Of a stretch of 62,403 bases of DNA, positions 1 to 10,540 are shown piece after piece (position 1 is the stretch's first letter; every line of letters starts with the position of its first letter). Source of the DNA: a virus (lineage: Duplodnaviria; Caudoviricetes); IMG/VR virus record IMGVR_UViG_3300047195_000664, positions 1 to 62,403 of that record; one strand, 5' to 3'. Position numbers and translations under genes: made by a program. Below the pieces are notes generated by a model. That model made no database searches. It was not told the origin of the DNA and was given only the letters and a program-made list of their open reading frames with translations.

Positions 1-172
1 GTTGCCACAGAACACAACATATAGTTACAATATTTCACTGCCTCTGAACTATACGGCAACAGATAATGTGGCAGTCAGTCAATGCAAATATAATCTGGAT
101 GGGGGAACTAACATTACTTTAGCGAACTGTGCTAATGCAACGTTTAATGCCACAGGTGGCTTTCACAAACTA
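1..172. repeat. Terminal direct repeat, left copy (circular/permuted genome overlap)
   Basis: 1-172 equals 62232-62403 except G46 vs A62277 (synonymous CTG/CTA). Confidence 0.95.
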
Positions 173-1945
173 TATCTTTTTGCCAACGACACATCAGGCA
201 ATAATGCAACTGTTAATGTCAATTTCACAGTTTCTGCCACGATAATTTCAAACTGTTCTGATTTGACAGGAGCAGGGCTGACATATTATTTAGGTAATGA
301 TATAATCAATTCATCTGTTTCCAAATGTATAAATATTTCATCAGATAATATTACTTTTGACTGTCAAGGACACCTAATAGATGGAGATGATTCTGCTTGG
401 GACGGGATTTATATTAAAAGAACTGGAGAAAACGCCAATATAATTGTGAAGAATTGTATATTAACTGATTGGAATGACGCTGGTATTTTTTCTTCATATG
501 TTAATAATATTACTTTGAGCAATATAACTGTAAATTCTTCGCAAAGAGGCTTTTATTTTACATATTCTGACTCAAATATAATTTCTGATGCAAGAGCAGA
601 TTCTAATTCGTGGGGAGGTCTTTATTCAGAGAATTCAAACATCTTCACCATTAATAATTCAATATTTATTAATAATGGTTTTTTTGATATAGCTATGGAT
701 ACTTCTATAGCCAATGATGATTGCGATTATACCTTTATAAATGTTACAGGAACAGACAACAAGCCTATAATCTTTTACAATAATACAGTGACTATCAACG
801 GATGGAATAATAATGTAAGCGAAATAATCCTCTGCAAAGCTGATAATTCTATTATTAATAATGTAACATTGCAAAGAACTAGTACTAAGACTAATGGCAT
901 TTTAGTGGTAGCTACAAGTTCTGCAAATATATCAAATATCAGTACAACCAATATTTTTGCTGTAAAGCTGGTTAAATCAAAATCTAATAATATATCAAAG
1001 ATTACAGGAAATTCAAATGTTTTTGGTGTATGGCTTGAATATTCTGATTATAATGTTGTAACTAATGCATCTGTAAGTTCTTCTAATATTGCGGTTGAGA
1101 CCTTTGGAGGTAATTATAATAATGTATCAGAAGTAGTTTCCAACAATAACAATTACTGTTTAATAGTCTTTGCAGGTTCAAGCAATAATACATATCACGA
1201 TATTAAATGTTATGGTAGTAAAGATTATGATATTGATTATAATGACGCTAACAACAACATATTTTATAATAATTTGTTCAATAGTTCAGTTAATGTACAC
1301 TTTTATAATAACCTGACATACAGTTATTGGAACACTACTCAACAATCAGGCACAAGAATATATTCAAATGGAGTTCAGATAGGGGGAAATTATTATACGA
1401 ACGAAACCAATAACGGCTATTCAGATATATGCAATGATACTAATACAGATGGATTTTGTGATAACCCTTATGATGTGTCTGCTAAAAATAACTGCACGGC
1501 AGGAGTAACTTGTGGTAATAATACTGATTATCTGCCTCTGAGCAATAAGTATGCTTTAGGAAATGTGGATATAAACTGGTCATTTGGAACAGGAATAACT
1601 AAAGTTTCATATCGTTATGATGATGGAGGAACTCCTCCTACTCCAACAAATCCTTTGATAGTTAATGCTACAGGACAAACAACTTCAATATACTTATTCA
1701 ATGTTACAAATAATGGAACATTAGCTGGAAGTTTACAAATGAGAATAAATATAACACGAGAAAATGTGACAGATGAATGTTTTGTAAATGCGTATGGCGC
1801 AAGTGGAGTTAATCTCTCAACAAGCTTTAGTGTTTTAAATTCTAGTTTAGCGGCACAAACTAGCAACTATATATGGTGTAGAAGGTGGTACAATTCAAGT
1901 AGTTTTGATATCATTAGTGTAGGGTACCAATTCAGAATAACTTAG
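2..1945 (+). CDS. C-terminal part of giant surface glycoprotein (Ig-like repeat plus NosD/CASH-type beta-helix); continues from 56275-62403
   Basis: In frame with the open frame at the window end across the overlap; ITFDCQGH and GGNYY beta-helix motifs; dense NxS/T sequons. Confidence 0.85.
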   Translation: MPQNTTYSYNISLPLNYTATDNVAVSQCKYNLDGGTNITLANCANATFNATGGFHKLYLFANDTSGNNATVNVNFTVSATIISNCSDLTGAGLTYYLGNDIINSSVSKCINISSDNITFDCQGHLIDGDDSAWDGIYIKRTGENANIIVKNCILTDWNDAGIFSSYVNNITLSNITVNSSQRGFYFTYSDSNIISDARADSNSWGGLYSENSNIFTINNSIFINNGFFDIAMDTSIANDDCDYTFINVTGTDNKPIIFYNNTVTINGWNNNVSEIILCKADNSIINNVTLQRTSTKTNGILVVATSSANISNISTTNIFAVKLVKSKSNNISKITGNSNVFGVWLEYSDYNVVTNASVSSSNIAVETFGGNYNNVSEVVSNNNNYCLIVFAGSSNNTYHDIKCYGSKDYDIDYNDANNNIFYNNLFNSSVNVHFYNNLTYSYWNTTQQSGTRIYSNGVQIGGNYYTNETNNGYSDICNDTNTDGFCDNPYDVSAKNNCTAGVTCGNNTDYLPLSNKYALGNVDINWSFGTGITKVSYRYDDGGTPPTPTNPLIVNATGQTTSIYLFNVTNNGTLAGSLQMRINITRENVTDECFVNAYGASGVNLSTSFSVLNSSLAAQTSNYIWCRRWYNSSSFDIISVGYQFRIT

Positions 1946-1953
1946 GTGACAAT

Positions 1954-3372
1954 ATGCCAGACACTCCTATTATTCCAGTAGAAGAAATTATTGTAAGGCG
2001 AAAGACCTTTTCAGCTGATGCCTTATTACAAAAAACGTTCACTAAAACGTTTACTTCTGATGCTGTACTCCAAAAATCTTATACTAAAACATTTGTCTCA
2101 GATGCTATACTTCTTAAAACATATACTAAAACATTTACAGTAGATGCCTTGTTGATAAAAACATTTACTAAAACTACTACAGCTGATGCAGTGTTAAAGA
2201 GTACTTCAACAAAAACACTTACTTCAGATGCCTTACTTATTAAAACATATACTAAAACGTTTACTTCTGATGCTGTACTCCAAAAATCTTATACTAAAAC
2301 ATTTACAGTAGATGCGATACTTGTTAATGTACAAACCAAAACAACTATTGTTGATGCTATACTCGTAAATAGATTAACAAAAACACTTACTTCTGATACG
2401 ATTCTTGTTAATAGATTAACTAAAACTTTCATTTCTGATGCTATATTAAAAGCTACCTCAATTAAAACGTTTACCGTTGATGCTATACTCGTAAATAGAT
2501 TAACAAAAGAACTTACTTCTGACGCAATTCTTAAAGCAACTTCAACTAAAACGTTTACTTCTGACGCAATACTTATAAACGTATTTACAAAAACCTTTTT
2601 GGTAGATGCATTACTCATGAAAACCTTTACAAAAACTTTCACTATAGATGCTATACTCGTAAACAGATTAACCAAAACTTTTGCGGTTGACGCAATAATA
2701 CAATTAGTACCATATAAACCCTTTATTATAAATGCAATATTAAAAGGAACGTTAACTAAGTCCTTTATAATCGATGCTGTGTTACAGAAAACTTATACAA
2801 AAACTTTCATAACTGACGCTATACTTACTCATTTATACATAAAAGAATTAACTGTTGATGCAATACTTAAAGCGACATCGACTAAAACACTCACATCTGA
2901 TGCTGTACTCAAAGCAACGTTAACTAAAACTTTTATCGTTGATGCAAATCTAATGAAAGTCGCAACCAAAACCTTTTTAACTGATGCTATATTACAAAAA
3001 ACCTATACTAAAGGATTAGCAGTTGATGCAATAATTATACGACAACTTACTAAAACTCTTATAGCTGATGCTATGTTACAGAAAGCTTACACTAAAACAT
3101 TTAACAGCGATGCTATGTTGATGAAACAATTTACTAAAGACTTTATTACCAACGCTCTATTACGATATGTACAAACAAAAGAATTTACCATCGATGCCAT
3201 TTTATTATTTACAGGCAAAACGTTTACAGCTGATGCACTCTTAGTATCACCAGAACTATTTTCATATCCATTTGTTGATATATTTAAGTATTGTACAAGC
3301 ATTAATGTACCAGATTATCTTACAAATTGCCAAACTTTTAAATATTTAGTCAAGGTAAATATTACTGAATAA
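1954..3372 (+). CDS. Tandem 14-aa repeat protein (about 30 x KTFTxDAxLxKxxT), probably structural/fibrous
   Basis: 42-bp periodicity; GGTGA RBS upstream; located in tail module. Confidence 0.85.
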   Translation: MPDTPIIPVEEIIVRRKTFSADALLQKTFTKTFTSDAVLQKSYTKTFVSDAILLKTYTKTFTVDALLIKTFTKTTTADAVLKSTSTKTLTSDALLIKTYTKTFTSDAVLQKSYTKTFTVDAILVNVQTKTTIVDAILVNRLTKTLTSDTILVNRLTKTFISDAILKATSIKTFTVDAILVNRLTKELTSDAILKATSTKTFTSDAILINVFTKTFLVDALLMKTFTKTFTIDAILVNRLTKTFAVDAIIQLVPYKPFIINAILKGTLTKSFIIDAVLQKTYTKTFITDAILTHLYIKELTVDAILKATSTKTLTSDAVLKATLTKTFIVDANLMKVATKTFLTDAILQKTYTKGLAVDAIIIRQLTKTLIADAMLQKAYTKTFNSDAMLMKQFTKDFITNALLRYVQTKEFTIDAILLFTGKTFTADALLVSPELFSYPFVDIFKYCTSINVPDYLTNCQTFKYLVKVNITE

Positions 3373-3388
3373 TATTAACCGAATTGAG

Positions 3389-3694
3389 GTGGAAATAATG
3401 AAGGAATTCGTTATCGGAGACACAATCAAATTTTATGTAGAAATAAGAACATATGATGATGTTCTAATAGACCCTACAGTAATTAGTTTAAAAATCTATG
3501 ACGCATCAGACGCGCTAAAAGCCACTTTAACACCAGTAAAGAGTGTAACTGGTAAATATTCAATTGAGTGGACAATTAATATTGCAACTGCACAAATTAT
3601 ATATGCAAAATTAGAATATACTGCAGGTGGATACGAACACGTGTCTTCACATAAATTTGAAATAGTAACATATAAAACTGGCGCAGAAACGTAG
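3389..3694 (+). CDS. BppU-like Ig-fold tail/baseplate adaptor
   Basis: GDT...DP...KIYD...TGKY pattern typical of BppU N-terminal domains; tail module position. Confidence 0.55.
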   Translation: MEIMKEFVIGDTIKFYVEIRTYDDVLIDPTVISLKIYDASDALKATLTPVKSVTGKYSIEWTINIATAQIIYAKLEYTAGGYEHVSSHKFEIVTYKTGAET

Positions 3695-3702
3695 GTGAGT
3701 AA

Positions 3703-6700
3703 ATGGGAACGAAAATAAATGTTGGAGTGCTAGTGTTAGTGATATTAGCTAGTTATACTTATATCACAATGAATGATGTTAGATTAAAGGTAAATTCTGC
3801 TAGCACGACCTTTTATATTAATGAAAATGGTACATGGACTGCTAAAGCATATGAATATGCTAATCTTTATAACGGAACTAAATTAGTAAAAAAGATAAAT
3901 ACTGATATCATAACTGATGTAAATAATACGGCGAAAACTGTTACAATAAGGAGAATTATTCAATATAATAATACTCAAGGTACTTCGCTTATAGACACTT
4001 ATTTCTTTAATGGTAATATAAATAACGTGGAATTATTTCCTATTTATCATACTATTGAAGTCATGAATGGTACGGGTCTTATACTTAAATATGATGTTAA
4101 GAAACTTGCATATTTTGGACCTACAGTTAATGTGATTTCTCCTCAAAGTTTTGGAAAGATGAAGATAACATGGCAGGATGGTTATTACTATAGTAAACTA
4201 TCTAGCGCAGGAACTCTAACTGTAAAATATAAAGTAAATTCAAGTTATAATGTATATAATGTCAGGGTGTTTGACCCATTAGTAAATACTACATTAGCTC
4301 AAGCTTTGGAGGATTCTTATGTATATAGTATTTATTGTCAATATTTGAAGTTTAACATTTCAAGTTCTCTTTATAGGCCGACGGGGGCTAAACTATTTTA
4401 TTATGGTCAGTCTGAGAGTGGTGGAATAGAAGAGCCGAATCTTACTATAAGTAGAATAACAAATAGTTGGAATGAAAGTTTGGATGCTACACAACTTAAT
4501 ACTTTGGTCACAACAGGTTCGTGGATAGTTAACGGTTATCCTAGAGTTACTTCTACTTGGAATAATATAACTATAACAAGCGCTGTTCAGTCATGTTGGG
4601 ATGCAAATCAGAAAGAAAATTGTTCTATAAAATTAACTCCAGGTTCATGTACGTGTGGTGCATCAAAAGGTAGTATAGAGGCTATAAGATTTGGAGATGC
4701 TGATTGTGGCATAAGTGAATTCTTTTCTTCTGCTGATAGAACAGACGCAACATATTATTGGAGAGTCGAGCTCGAATATTCTACTCTTTCAGAAAATGAT
4801 ACAGTAACATATTTATATTTAAATGGTGTTCAGAGCAATAGATATTATGAACTAGGTACAGTAGCTAATATTAAAGCCAACGTAACTAATTCCACAGGTC
4901 AAGTTATGACTAATGCTCCAATATGTTTGGATATTAATCAAACTGGATTAACAAAAGTAAACACAACTTGTGCAAACGGAACGGTTGAATATAATTATAC
5001 TACAGCAGGATGGAAAGAAACTTTTTCAGACAATACAACAGAGAAACTATTAGAGTATAATACAACGTCCGCTGAACAGAATCTTACAGTAAATTTAACT
5101 ATGAACAAATATGATTTAATTAATAATGTAACTCTTAATCTAACAGGAATTGTTATAAGTAAAAATAAAGACCAAGAAGATTATAATCATACACAAGACA
5201 ACTCTCCATATGGGGGTTGTATATATGGAAGTGTAAATGAAACAATCGATGAAAATTGGACTACATTCTGTCAAGGATGGTCAAACTGGGCGTTTGGTCC
5301 TCATTACACATATTCTATTTATGAAATATATAATGTATCTTCTTCGTGGAAAAATCTAACATGGGAATATTCGATAAGTATGCAGGGAAGTGGACATCAT
5401 AAAATTTATTGTTGGGACTTTATTATTAATGATTGGTATTTAATGATTGATAACACAGGTTCTGGAACATTTAACCAACCAATTTCGTCCAATTGTTATT
5501 CTAACAATACTAATTTAACGATTTATACTCAAGGTTCACAAATGGGAGATAGCACACCAAACTATTATTGGGAAGGCAGGTTAAATTGGCAAACAGACCC
5601 AACAAACATAAAAATTTATATAAATAATACTTTAGATAAATCATTTGTGTCGTTAACACCAAGTGGAACTCTAACTACATTTAGTACCGGTGAAACATTA
5701 ACACAATTAACGTATTCAGCGACTGGAGCACAGAAAGTATATTTAAGATTACTAAAAACTGCTAATGTAACAGGAGCTAAAATTAATATACAAGGAACTG
5801 AAACCTCGACTTCATTTACTCCAGGTGGAAGTGTAATAGATTATTGGGTTGGAGATATATGTGGCCAAGATATGAAAGCACAATCAATGAATATTACATA
5901 TAATTGGACATTATATGCAATAGGTAGTTTAATTTTTGATGATTTGTATCCTGGAACTTGTATGTACCCGAGTACCTATGACCCATCTAACTGGATTAAT
6001 GTAACAATATATACACAGAATATTACAAATCCTACAGGTTCACCGCTTACTTATATACAAGGTAATGGTAGTAATGCAAGTTGTTATAATTCAGAAACAT
6101 ATCATTACTCGTTATATACGAATATATCATTGAATGGAAGTCAACTATATTGGTTTAAGTTTTCAAGAGCTTTTTGTACGGGAAATACAATATATGGTTA
6201 TACGGATACTAATCCCACAGGTAAAACTGTAGTATCTGATGATGGAGGAAGTACGTGGACACCATGGTCATCATCTGAAATAAGACCAATTTATTATTAT
6301 TATGTATATCCACATTCAGTTACTGTGGATACAGGAGATGATGGAGTTAATGAATGGTCGTATGGCAGTAAATTTAATACAACAGTGAACGTAAATTTAA
6401 ATGCAACATCAATAAATAGCTATCTTGAATCTTGCACATCAGATTCAAATGGATATTGTTTAGTTCCCATAAAATTTGTTATACAAAGCCCAGGTAAACT
6501 TACAATATCAGAAATAGAAGTAAATTATACACAAGCTATCAATCCAATAAACTTAAATGGTGTATTATTACAGGCATTTATACAAAATAGTACATCCAAC
6601 CAAGTAACTATACCATTAAAAATCAGTTCACAACAAACAGGGAAGATAAATGTAACTAGTTTAAGAATAAATTATAATGGGACAGATACGATTACAGTTT

Positions 6701-7152
6701 TTGCACATCATGATGGAAACTCCACATATAATAAGAGTAATAGTACACAAATAATTAATATAGTTTATTCTGGTTATGATATTAGCTTGCCAAAGTCAAT
6801 AGCCTATCCAATATTTGTACCTACCACAAATATTAGTAAAAACGTTACACCAACAGGACAAACAAGTAGTAAGCCAATATTTAATATTACGAGAAACGCA
6901 TACGACCAACCTTTCATTTTCTATTTAAGTGTAGAAAATGCTCCAGTATGTGTAAACTTAACTATGAGTAATACATCTACTAAAGGCACTACAATACTAA
7001 ATACTACTAACCAAACAATATTGACTTGCTCGGTAAATCCAGGAACTTATTGTGGGGGAAATTGGCAATGGGCTGATTATAATTGTGCACCAGGTACTAT
7101 GGCTTATTGGTTCAACTACACTTATTATACCAAATGCACGTCTTGTGTGTGA
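3703..7152 (+). CDS. Large secreted/membrane-anchored glycoprotein with DNRLRE-like domain (adhesin-like)
   Basis: N-terminal hydrophobic segment VGVLVLVILA; YLKFNIS...AKLF...SWNE motif; dense NxS/T; paired Cys. Confidence 0.7.
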   Translation: MGTKINVGVLVLVILASYTYITMNDVRLKVNSASTTFYINENGTWTAKAYEYANLYNGTKLVKKINTDIITDVNNTAKTVTIRRIIQYNNTQGTSLIDTYFFNGNINNVELFPIYHTIEVMNGTGLILKYDVKKLAYFGPTVNVISPQSFGKMKITWQDGYYYSKLSSAGTLTVKYKVNSSYNVYNVRVFDPLVNTTLAQALEDSYVYSIYCQYLKFNISSSLYRPTGAKLFYYGQSESGGIEEPNLTISRITNSWNESLDATQLNTLVTTGSWIVNGYPRVTSTWNNITITSAVQSCWDANQKENCSIKLTPGSCTCGASKGSIEAIRFGDADCGISEFFSSADRTDATYYWRVELEYSTLSENDTVTYLYLNGVQSNRYYELGTVANIKANVTNSTGQVMTNAPICLDINQTGLTKVNTTCANGTVEYNYTTAGWKETFSDNTTEKLLEYNTTSAEQNLTVNLTMNKYDLINNVTLNLTGIVISKNKDQEDYNHTQDNSPYGGCIYGSVNETIDENWTTFCQGWSNWAFGPHYTYSIYEIYNVSSSWKNLTWEYSISMQGSGHHKIYCWDFIINDWYLMIDNTGSGTFNQPISSNCYSNNTNLTIYTQGSQMGDSTPNYYWEGRLNWQTDPTNIKIYINNTLDKSFVSLTPSGTLTTFSTGETLTQLTYSATGAQKVYLRLLKTANVTGAKINIQGTETSTSFTPGGSVIDYWVGDICGQDMKAQSMNITYNWTLYAIGSLIFDDLYPGTCMYPSTYDPSNWINVTIYTQNITNPTGSPLTYIQGNGSNASCYNSETYHYSLYTNISLNGSQLYWFKFSRAFCTGNTIYGYTDTNPTGKTVVSDDGGSTWTPWSSSEIRPIYYYYVYPHSVTVDTGDDGVNEWSYGSKFNTTVNVNLNATSINSYLESCTSDSNGYCLVPIKFVIQSPGKLTISEIEVNYTQAINPINLNGVLLQAFIQNSTSNQVTIPLKISSQQTGKINVTSLRINYNGTDTITVFAHHDGNSTYNKSNSTQIINIVYSGYDISLPKSIAYPIFVPTTNISKNVTPTGQTSSKPIFNITRNAYDQPFIFYLSVENAPVCVNLTMSNTSTKGTTILNTTNQTILTCSVNPGTYCGGNWQWADYNCAPGTMAYWFNYTYYTKCTSCV

Positions 7153-7158
7153 ACTACT

Positions 7159-7515
7159 ATGAAACCTCCAGAGGATAAACATGATTATTATTTAAGTGAG
7201 TTGATTAGAAATCTTTATCAAATTGAAGAAGACCCAAGACAAATTAAATGGATAATGAAAGACGGCATATGGTTACCAGAAAGAGGAAACACAAAAAGAG
7301 GGTCGTTATGTGATTTGATATTAGTGTATCACGATGGATTTGGTGTACCAATCGAACTTAAAGGAAGTATGGAGAAAAAACAAAAAGCAAAAGACCAACT
7401 AGATTGGAGTAGAAGATTTATTATAGATGAACTTCATTTACCTGTACCATATGGTAAGTTTGTATGCTATAAAAAAGGTTGTGCGTATCATGTTGAAAAA
7501 TTTGAATACAGGTGA
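7159..7515 (+). CDS. PD-(D/E)XK nuclease-like protein
   Basis: CDLILV...PIELKG...AKDQL motif. Confidence 0.55.
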   Translation: MKPPEDKHDYYLSELIRNLYQIEEDPRQIKWIMKDGIWLPERGNTKRGSLCDLILVYHDGFGVPIELKGSMEKKQKAKDQLDWSRRFIIDELHLPVPYGKFVCYKKGCAYHVEKFEYR

Positions 7516-7521
7516 TAAAAA

Positions 7522-9039
7522 ATGCCAGTAGGTACCTTAGGTAAAAAACCTGGAATAATTATTATTCCACTTAAGCAATACACTCCTGTTAAACAGGTCA
7601 TTATTAATGGTGTTGACGTAAGCGAAGATGCTATTTCTTCAAGGGTTGATTTAGGTGTAACTACTGCTACTAGTGCAGTTAATATTATATTGGATAATAA
7701 TGATGGTAAATATACGAAAGAATTTGCCATAGGAAATATAATTAAATGTTATGCTGATTTTACTAGTGGCACAACAAAAATTTTTGAAGGGCGCTTATAT
7801 ACGCCAACTTATAATTTAGATTTGGCTAGGGGCCATATATTTAATATATTGGGTAAATGTTATGGCGCTGATACACTAAATATTATAGTTACAAAACAAT
7901 ATACTACTGATACAGCTATCTCCACGATATTTATTGAGTTACTAGATGAGTATATGCGTGTTGCTCCTTTTAATCATAGTTCAGATAATAGCAATATTGC
8001 AACAATCTCAACTACAGCAAAGCCAACATGGAATGGGGTCTCCTTATGGAAATGTTTTCAAGATTTAGTATTAGCTACACAAGATACGTATCATTTTTAT
8101 TGTGACTTTGATAAAATATGGCATTTATTCGAAAAAGGTACAAGAATAGATTCAACAGAAGCAATAATATATGGAGACAATTTGGTTGGTCTTGGTGTAA
8201 CAGATGGTGACTTAAATAATTTATTTAATAAAGAAATTGTATATGGACAAGAAATAGAAACTATTCCAATAATGAAAGTAAAAGAAGATACTAGTAACCA
8301 AACATTATATGGTGTGATAAGGGCAAAAGTCATAACAGACAATAATTTAACTACCACAGACGAACTTAATATAAAAGCAATAAATTTATTAGCAGTTGAT
8401 ACCACTCTCGAACAAAGTGGAAGCGCCGAGGTGTATGGATTACCATTATTGAAACCCGGGTATCAAATTCTTATTGTAGATATGTATTGTAATGTGTCTA
8501 CGATGAAAGATATAATTAATGTTACTCACACCATTGATAGTGGTGGTTTTAGAACACATGTTCAATTCGAGGAAGAAGAAAAGGGTGTAGTCCAACTATT
8601 TAAGAGTAGTATACAAAGAGAACAAGAGAGCGCAAACATTAAGAATAAATATGCAATGGAGAATTCACATATTGTTGCTTTTGATGGAGATAATATTGCA
8701 GATTACTCTACTGACTTTAGTGATACTACTGTTTGGGATAGTAATCTAATGTTATCATTAGGTAAATCAACAGGATATATTATTACAAACATGCACACAG
8801 CTGATAAAAATGTAACCGCGTTTACAGTAATAGTTGTTGGCTCTAACTTAGCATCAGACGAAGGAGAATCTTGGGTCGATGTAGAAGTATCTTGTGATAA
8901 TGGCGCAGTGTGGGATGACGTTCTTACAATTAATGATACACTACATACACCTTCTTCTTCAGGGAAAAAAATTAAAATCAAGATAACAATAACAAGTCTA
9001 ACTACTAAAATACGGGCAATAGGGGTTTTATATAAGTAA
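7522..9039 (+). CDS. Baseplate hub / tail-tip protein
   Basis: ILDNNDG...IFEG, FYCDFDKIWH, GLPLLKPG...VTHTI pattern of gp27/Tal-like hubs. Confidence 0.65.
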   Translation: MPVGTLGKKPGIIIIPLKQYTPVKQVIINGVDVSEDAISSRVDLGVTTATSAVNIILDNNDGKYTKEFAIGNIIKCYADFTSGTTKIFEGRLYTPTYNLDLARGHIFNILGKCYGADTLNIIVTKQYTTDTAISTIFIELLDEYMRVAPFNHSSDNSNIATISTTAKPTWNGVSLWKCFQDLVLATQDTYHFYCDFDKIWHLFEKGTRIDSTEAIIYGDNLVGLGVTDGDLNNLFNKEIVYGQEIETIPIMKVKEDTSNQTLYGVIRAKVITDNNLTTTDELNIKAINLLAVDTTLEQSGSAEVYGLPLLKPGYQILIVDMYCNVSTMKDIINVTHTIDSGGFRTHVQFEEEEKGVVQLFKSSIQREQESANIKNKYAMENSHIVAFDGDNIADYSTDFSDTTVWDSNLMLSLGKSTGYIITNMHTADKNVTAFTVIVVGSNLASDEGESWVDVEVSCDNGAVWDDVLTINDTLHTPSSSGKKIKIKITITSLTTKIRAIGVLYK

Positions 9040-9046
9040 TAGCTGA

Positions 9047-9100
9047 TATAACATATATCTTCCACCATATAAATATATATATATGGGCGGAAGGGATATT
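9047..9100 (+). promoter_or_regulatory. Promoter: operator (TATAA-CATATATC-TTCCA), 11 bp, TATA box, GC/GG element
   Basis: Matches the repeated promoter architecture; precedes the holin-like gene. Confidence 0.65.
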
Positions 9101-9107
9101 ATAGTAG

Positions 9108-9392
9108 GTGATATCACAGATGTGGGAAACTATTTTAGCGAGTCTACCCATAGCGGCAATAGCAGCCATCATTGCAGGTGCAATTAGAGCAGTTGCAGGA
9201 TGGATTGAGAATGCAGCAAAAGACGGAAAGATAGAATCCTGGGAATGGAAACAACTAGGTGGTACAATGATAAAGTATTTCTCAGGTATTCTTCTACTGA
9301 GTACAGGACTAGATGCTGGCCCTGCAGTAGCAACAATGTTTGGTCTTGACGTAGGCACGTCCGCTATAAAATCTTTAGGAAACAAAAAATAA
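9108..9392 (+). CDS. Small membrane protein, holin-like
   Basis: 2-3 hydrophobic helices, basic C-terminus, last gene of the plus arm. Confidence 0.5.
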   Translation: MISQMWETILASLPIAAIAAIIAGAIRAVAGWIENAAKDGKIESWEWKQLGGTMIKYFSGILLLSTGLDAGPAVATMFGLDVGTSAIKSLGNKK

Positions 9393-9398
9393 AAGGGT

Positions 9399-9441
9399 AA
9401 AAGCGAAAGAAGAATGAAGAAGAGCTTTTGTTTTTTTTATT
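9399..9441 (+). terminator. Terminator (AAAAGC/GCTTTT stem plus T-rich tract) at the convergence of the two arms
   Basis: Long oligo-T after the last plus-strand gene. Confidence 0.55.
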
Positions 9442-9630
9442 TCTTATTTTTAGGAACTCCTTTGCTTTGTGGGAACTCCTTTAAATGGGTTACCTATTTA
9501 AAGGATTGCCTTTATTTCAAAAGAGTTGCTTATAACAAGAAGATATTAACTACAAAATTCATTACTCTTCCACATAAACTCTCGGTAGTCTTAATAGAGT
9601 TAAGTTAAAGCACCTCTTAATTTTCCCTAT

Positions 9631-10461
9631 CTAAGAAAATTTTAAAAGAATTTCCCGTAGTCTTTCGCCAATACCAACTATACCTATAATATCTTCTTCT
9701 TTCAACGGTTGTTTTTCCTTATTAGTTAAAATAATGTCAACGTGTTCGCATATCTTAAGCGCCCTATCGTAGCTTATTTGAGGTAGGCACATTAACATTT
9801 TAAACTTAATATCCTCATCCGTTAACTTATCGCGCACTTTCATTACACTCGTATCCATAATACTAGGTACCTTTCCATCAAAAGATTTATCCATAATTTT
9901 ACATATAAGCTTTGCCATTTGTGTATCGTTGTCAACTTGAATTATTTTAACATTATACCTAACAGATATAGACGCCAACGCACCAAGATGATGCTCTACT
10001 GTCCAACCTTGGAGGTGTGGCAAGAATTGTATGTTTTTGAAACTACCACTAATAATAAGATAACACTTTTCATAATTTTCTTGCATTTGTAATAACTGTG
10101 TCCATAATCTACCACTTCTAACAGAACCTATAAAATCTTCTATTGTCTTGCGTTCAATAACAACATTACTCTTTACGAAGTCACCAACGGGTAACGCTTC
10201 TACTTGGTACTCTATATTTTCCTTAGTTAACATTCTTTGTAGTTTATCTTCGTGTACATCTACGAATAACGTACCTGCCGTTATAGTATTTGCTGTTACA
10301 ATTTTTATATTATGTATATTTTGTAAATGGTCTAACAAAACTGCTTCGCTTGCTTGAGCTACCCAATTTTCATTACAAGTTTTACACTCTATACAACATT
10401 GTTCATTCATTCTAAAATACTCTAATAACTGCTCTGGAATATTACATATCATTCTTATCAC
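9631..10461 (-). CDS. ERCC4/XPF-family structure-specific nuclease with N-terminal Zn finger and HhH
   Basis: VDVHE, LPVGDF, IERKTIEDFIGSVRSGRL motifs. Confidence 0.9.
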   Translation of the reverse strand: MIRMICNIPEQLLEYFRMNEQCCIECKTCNENWVAQASEAVLLDHLQNIHNIKIVTANTITAGTLFVDVHEDKLQRMLTKENIEYQVEALPVGDFVKSNVVIERKTIEDFIGSVRSGRLWTQLLQMQENYEKCYLIISGSFKNIQFLPHLQGWTVEHHLGALASISVRYNVKIIQVDNDTQMAKLICKIMDKSFDGKVPSIMDTSVMKVRDKLTDEDIKFKMLMCLPQISYDRALKICEHVDIILTNKEKQPLKEEDIIGIVGIGERLREILLKFS

Positions 10462-10465
10462 CCAA

Positions 10466-10540
10466 TAGCGAGGACTGGATTTGAACCAATGACCTCCTGC
10501 TTATGAGGCAGGCGGGAACTCCTGGCTTCCCCACCTCGCT
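10466..10540 (-). tRNA. tRNA-Met(CAT), archaeal initiator-like (A1:U72), no encoded CCA
   Basis: Full cloverleaf AGCGAGG...CTCATAA...GTTCAAATC...CCTCGCT-A. Confidence 0.9.

Noticed and set aside
1954-3372. 42-bp periodic DNA as a CRISPR array
   Set aside because: No repeat-spacer alternation; variation is codon-like within one open frame
9414-9608. 64-aa ORF after the holin-like gene
   Set aside because: Runs through the T-rich terminator and hairpins; unlikely to be coding
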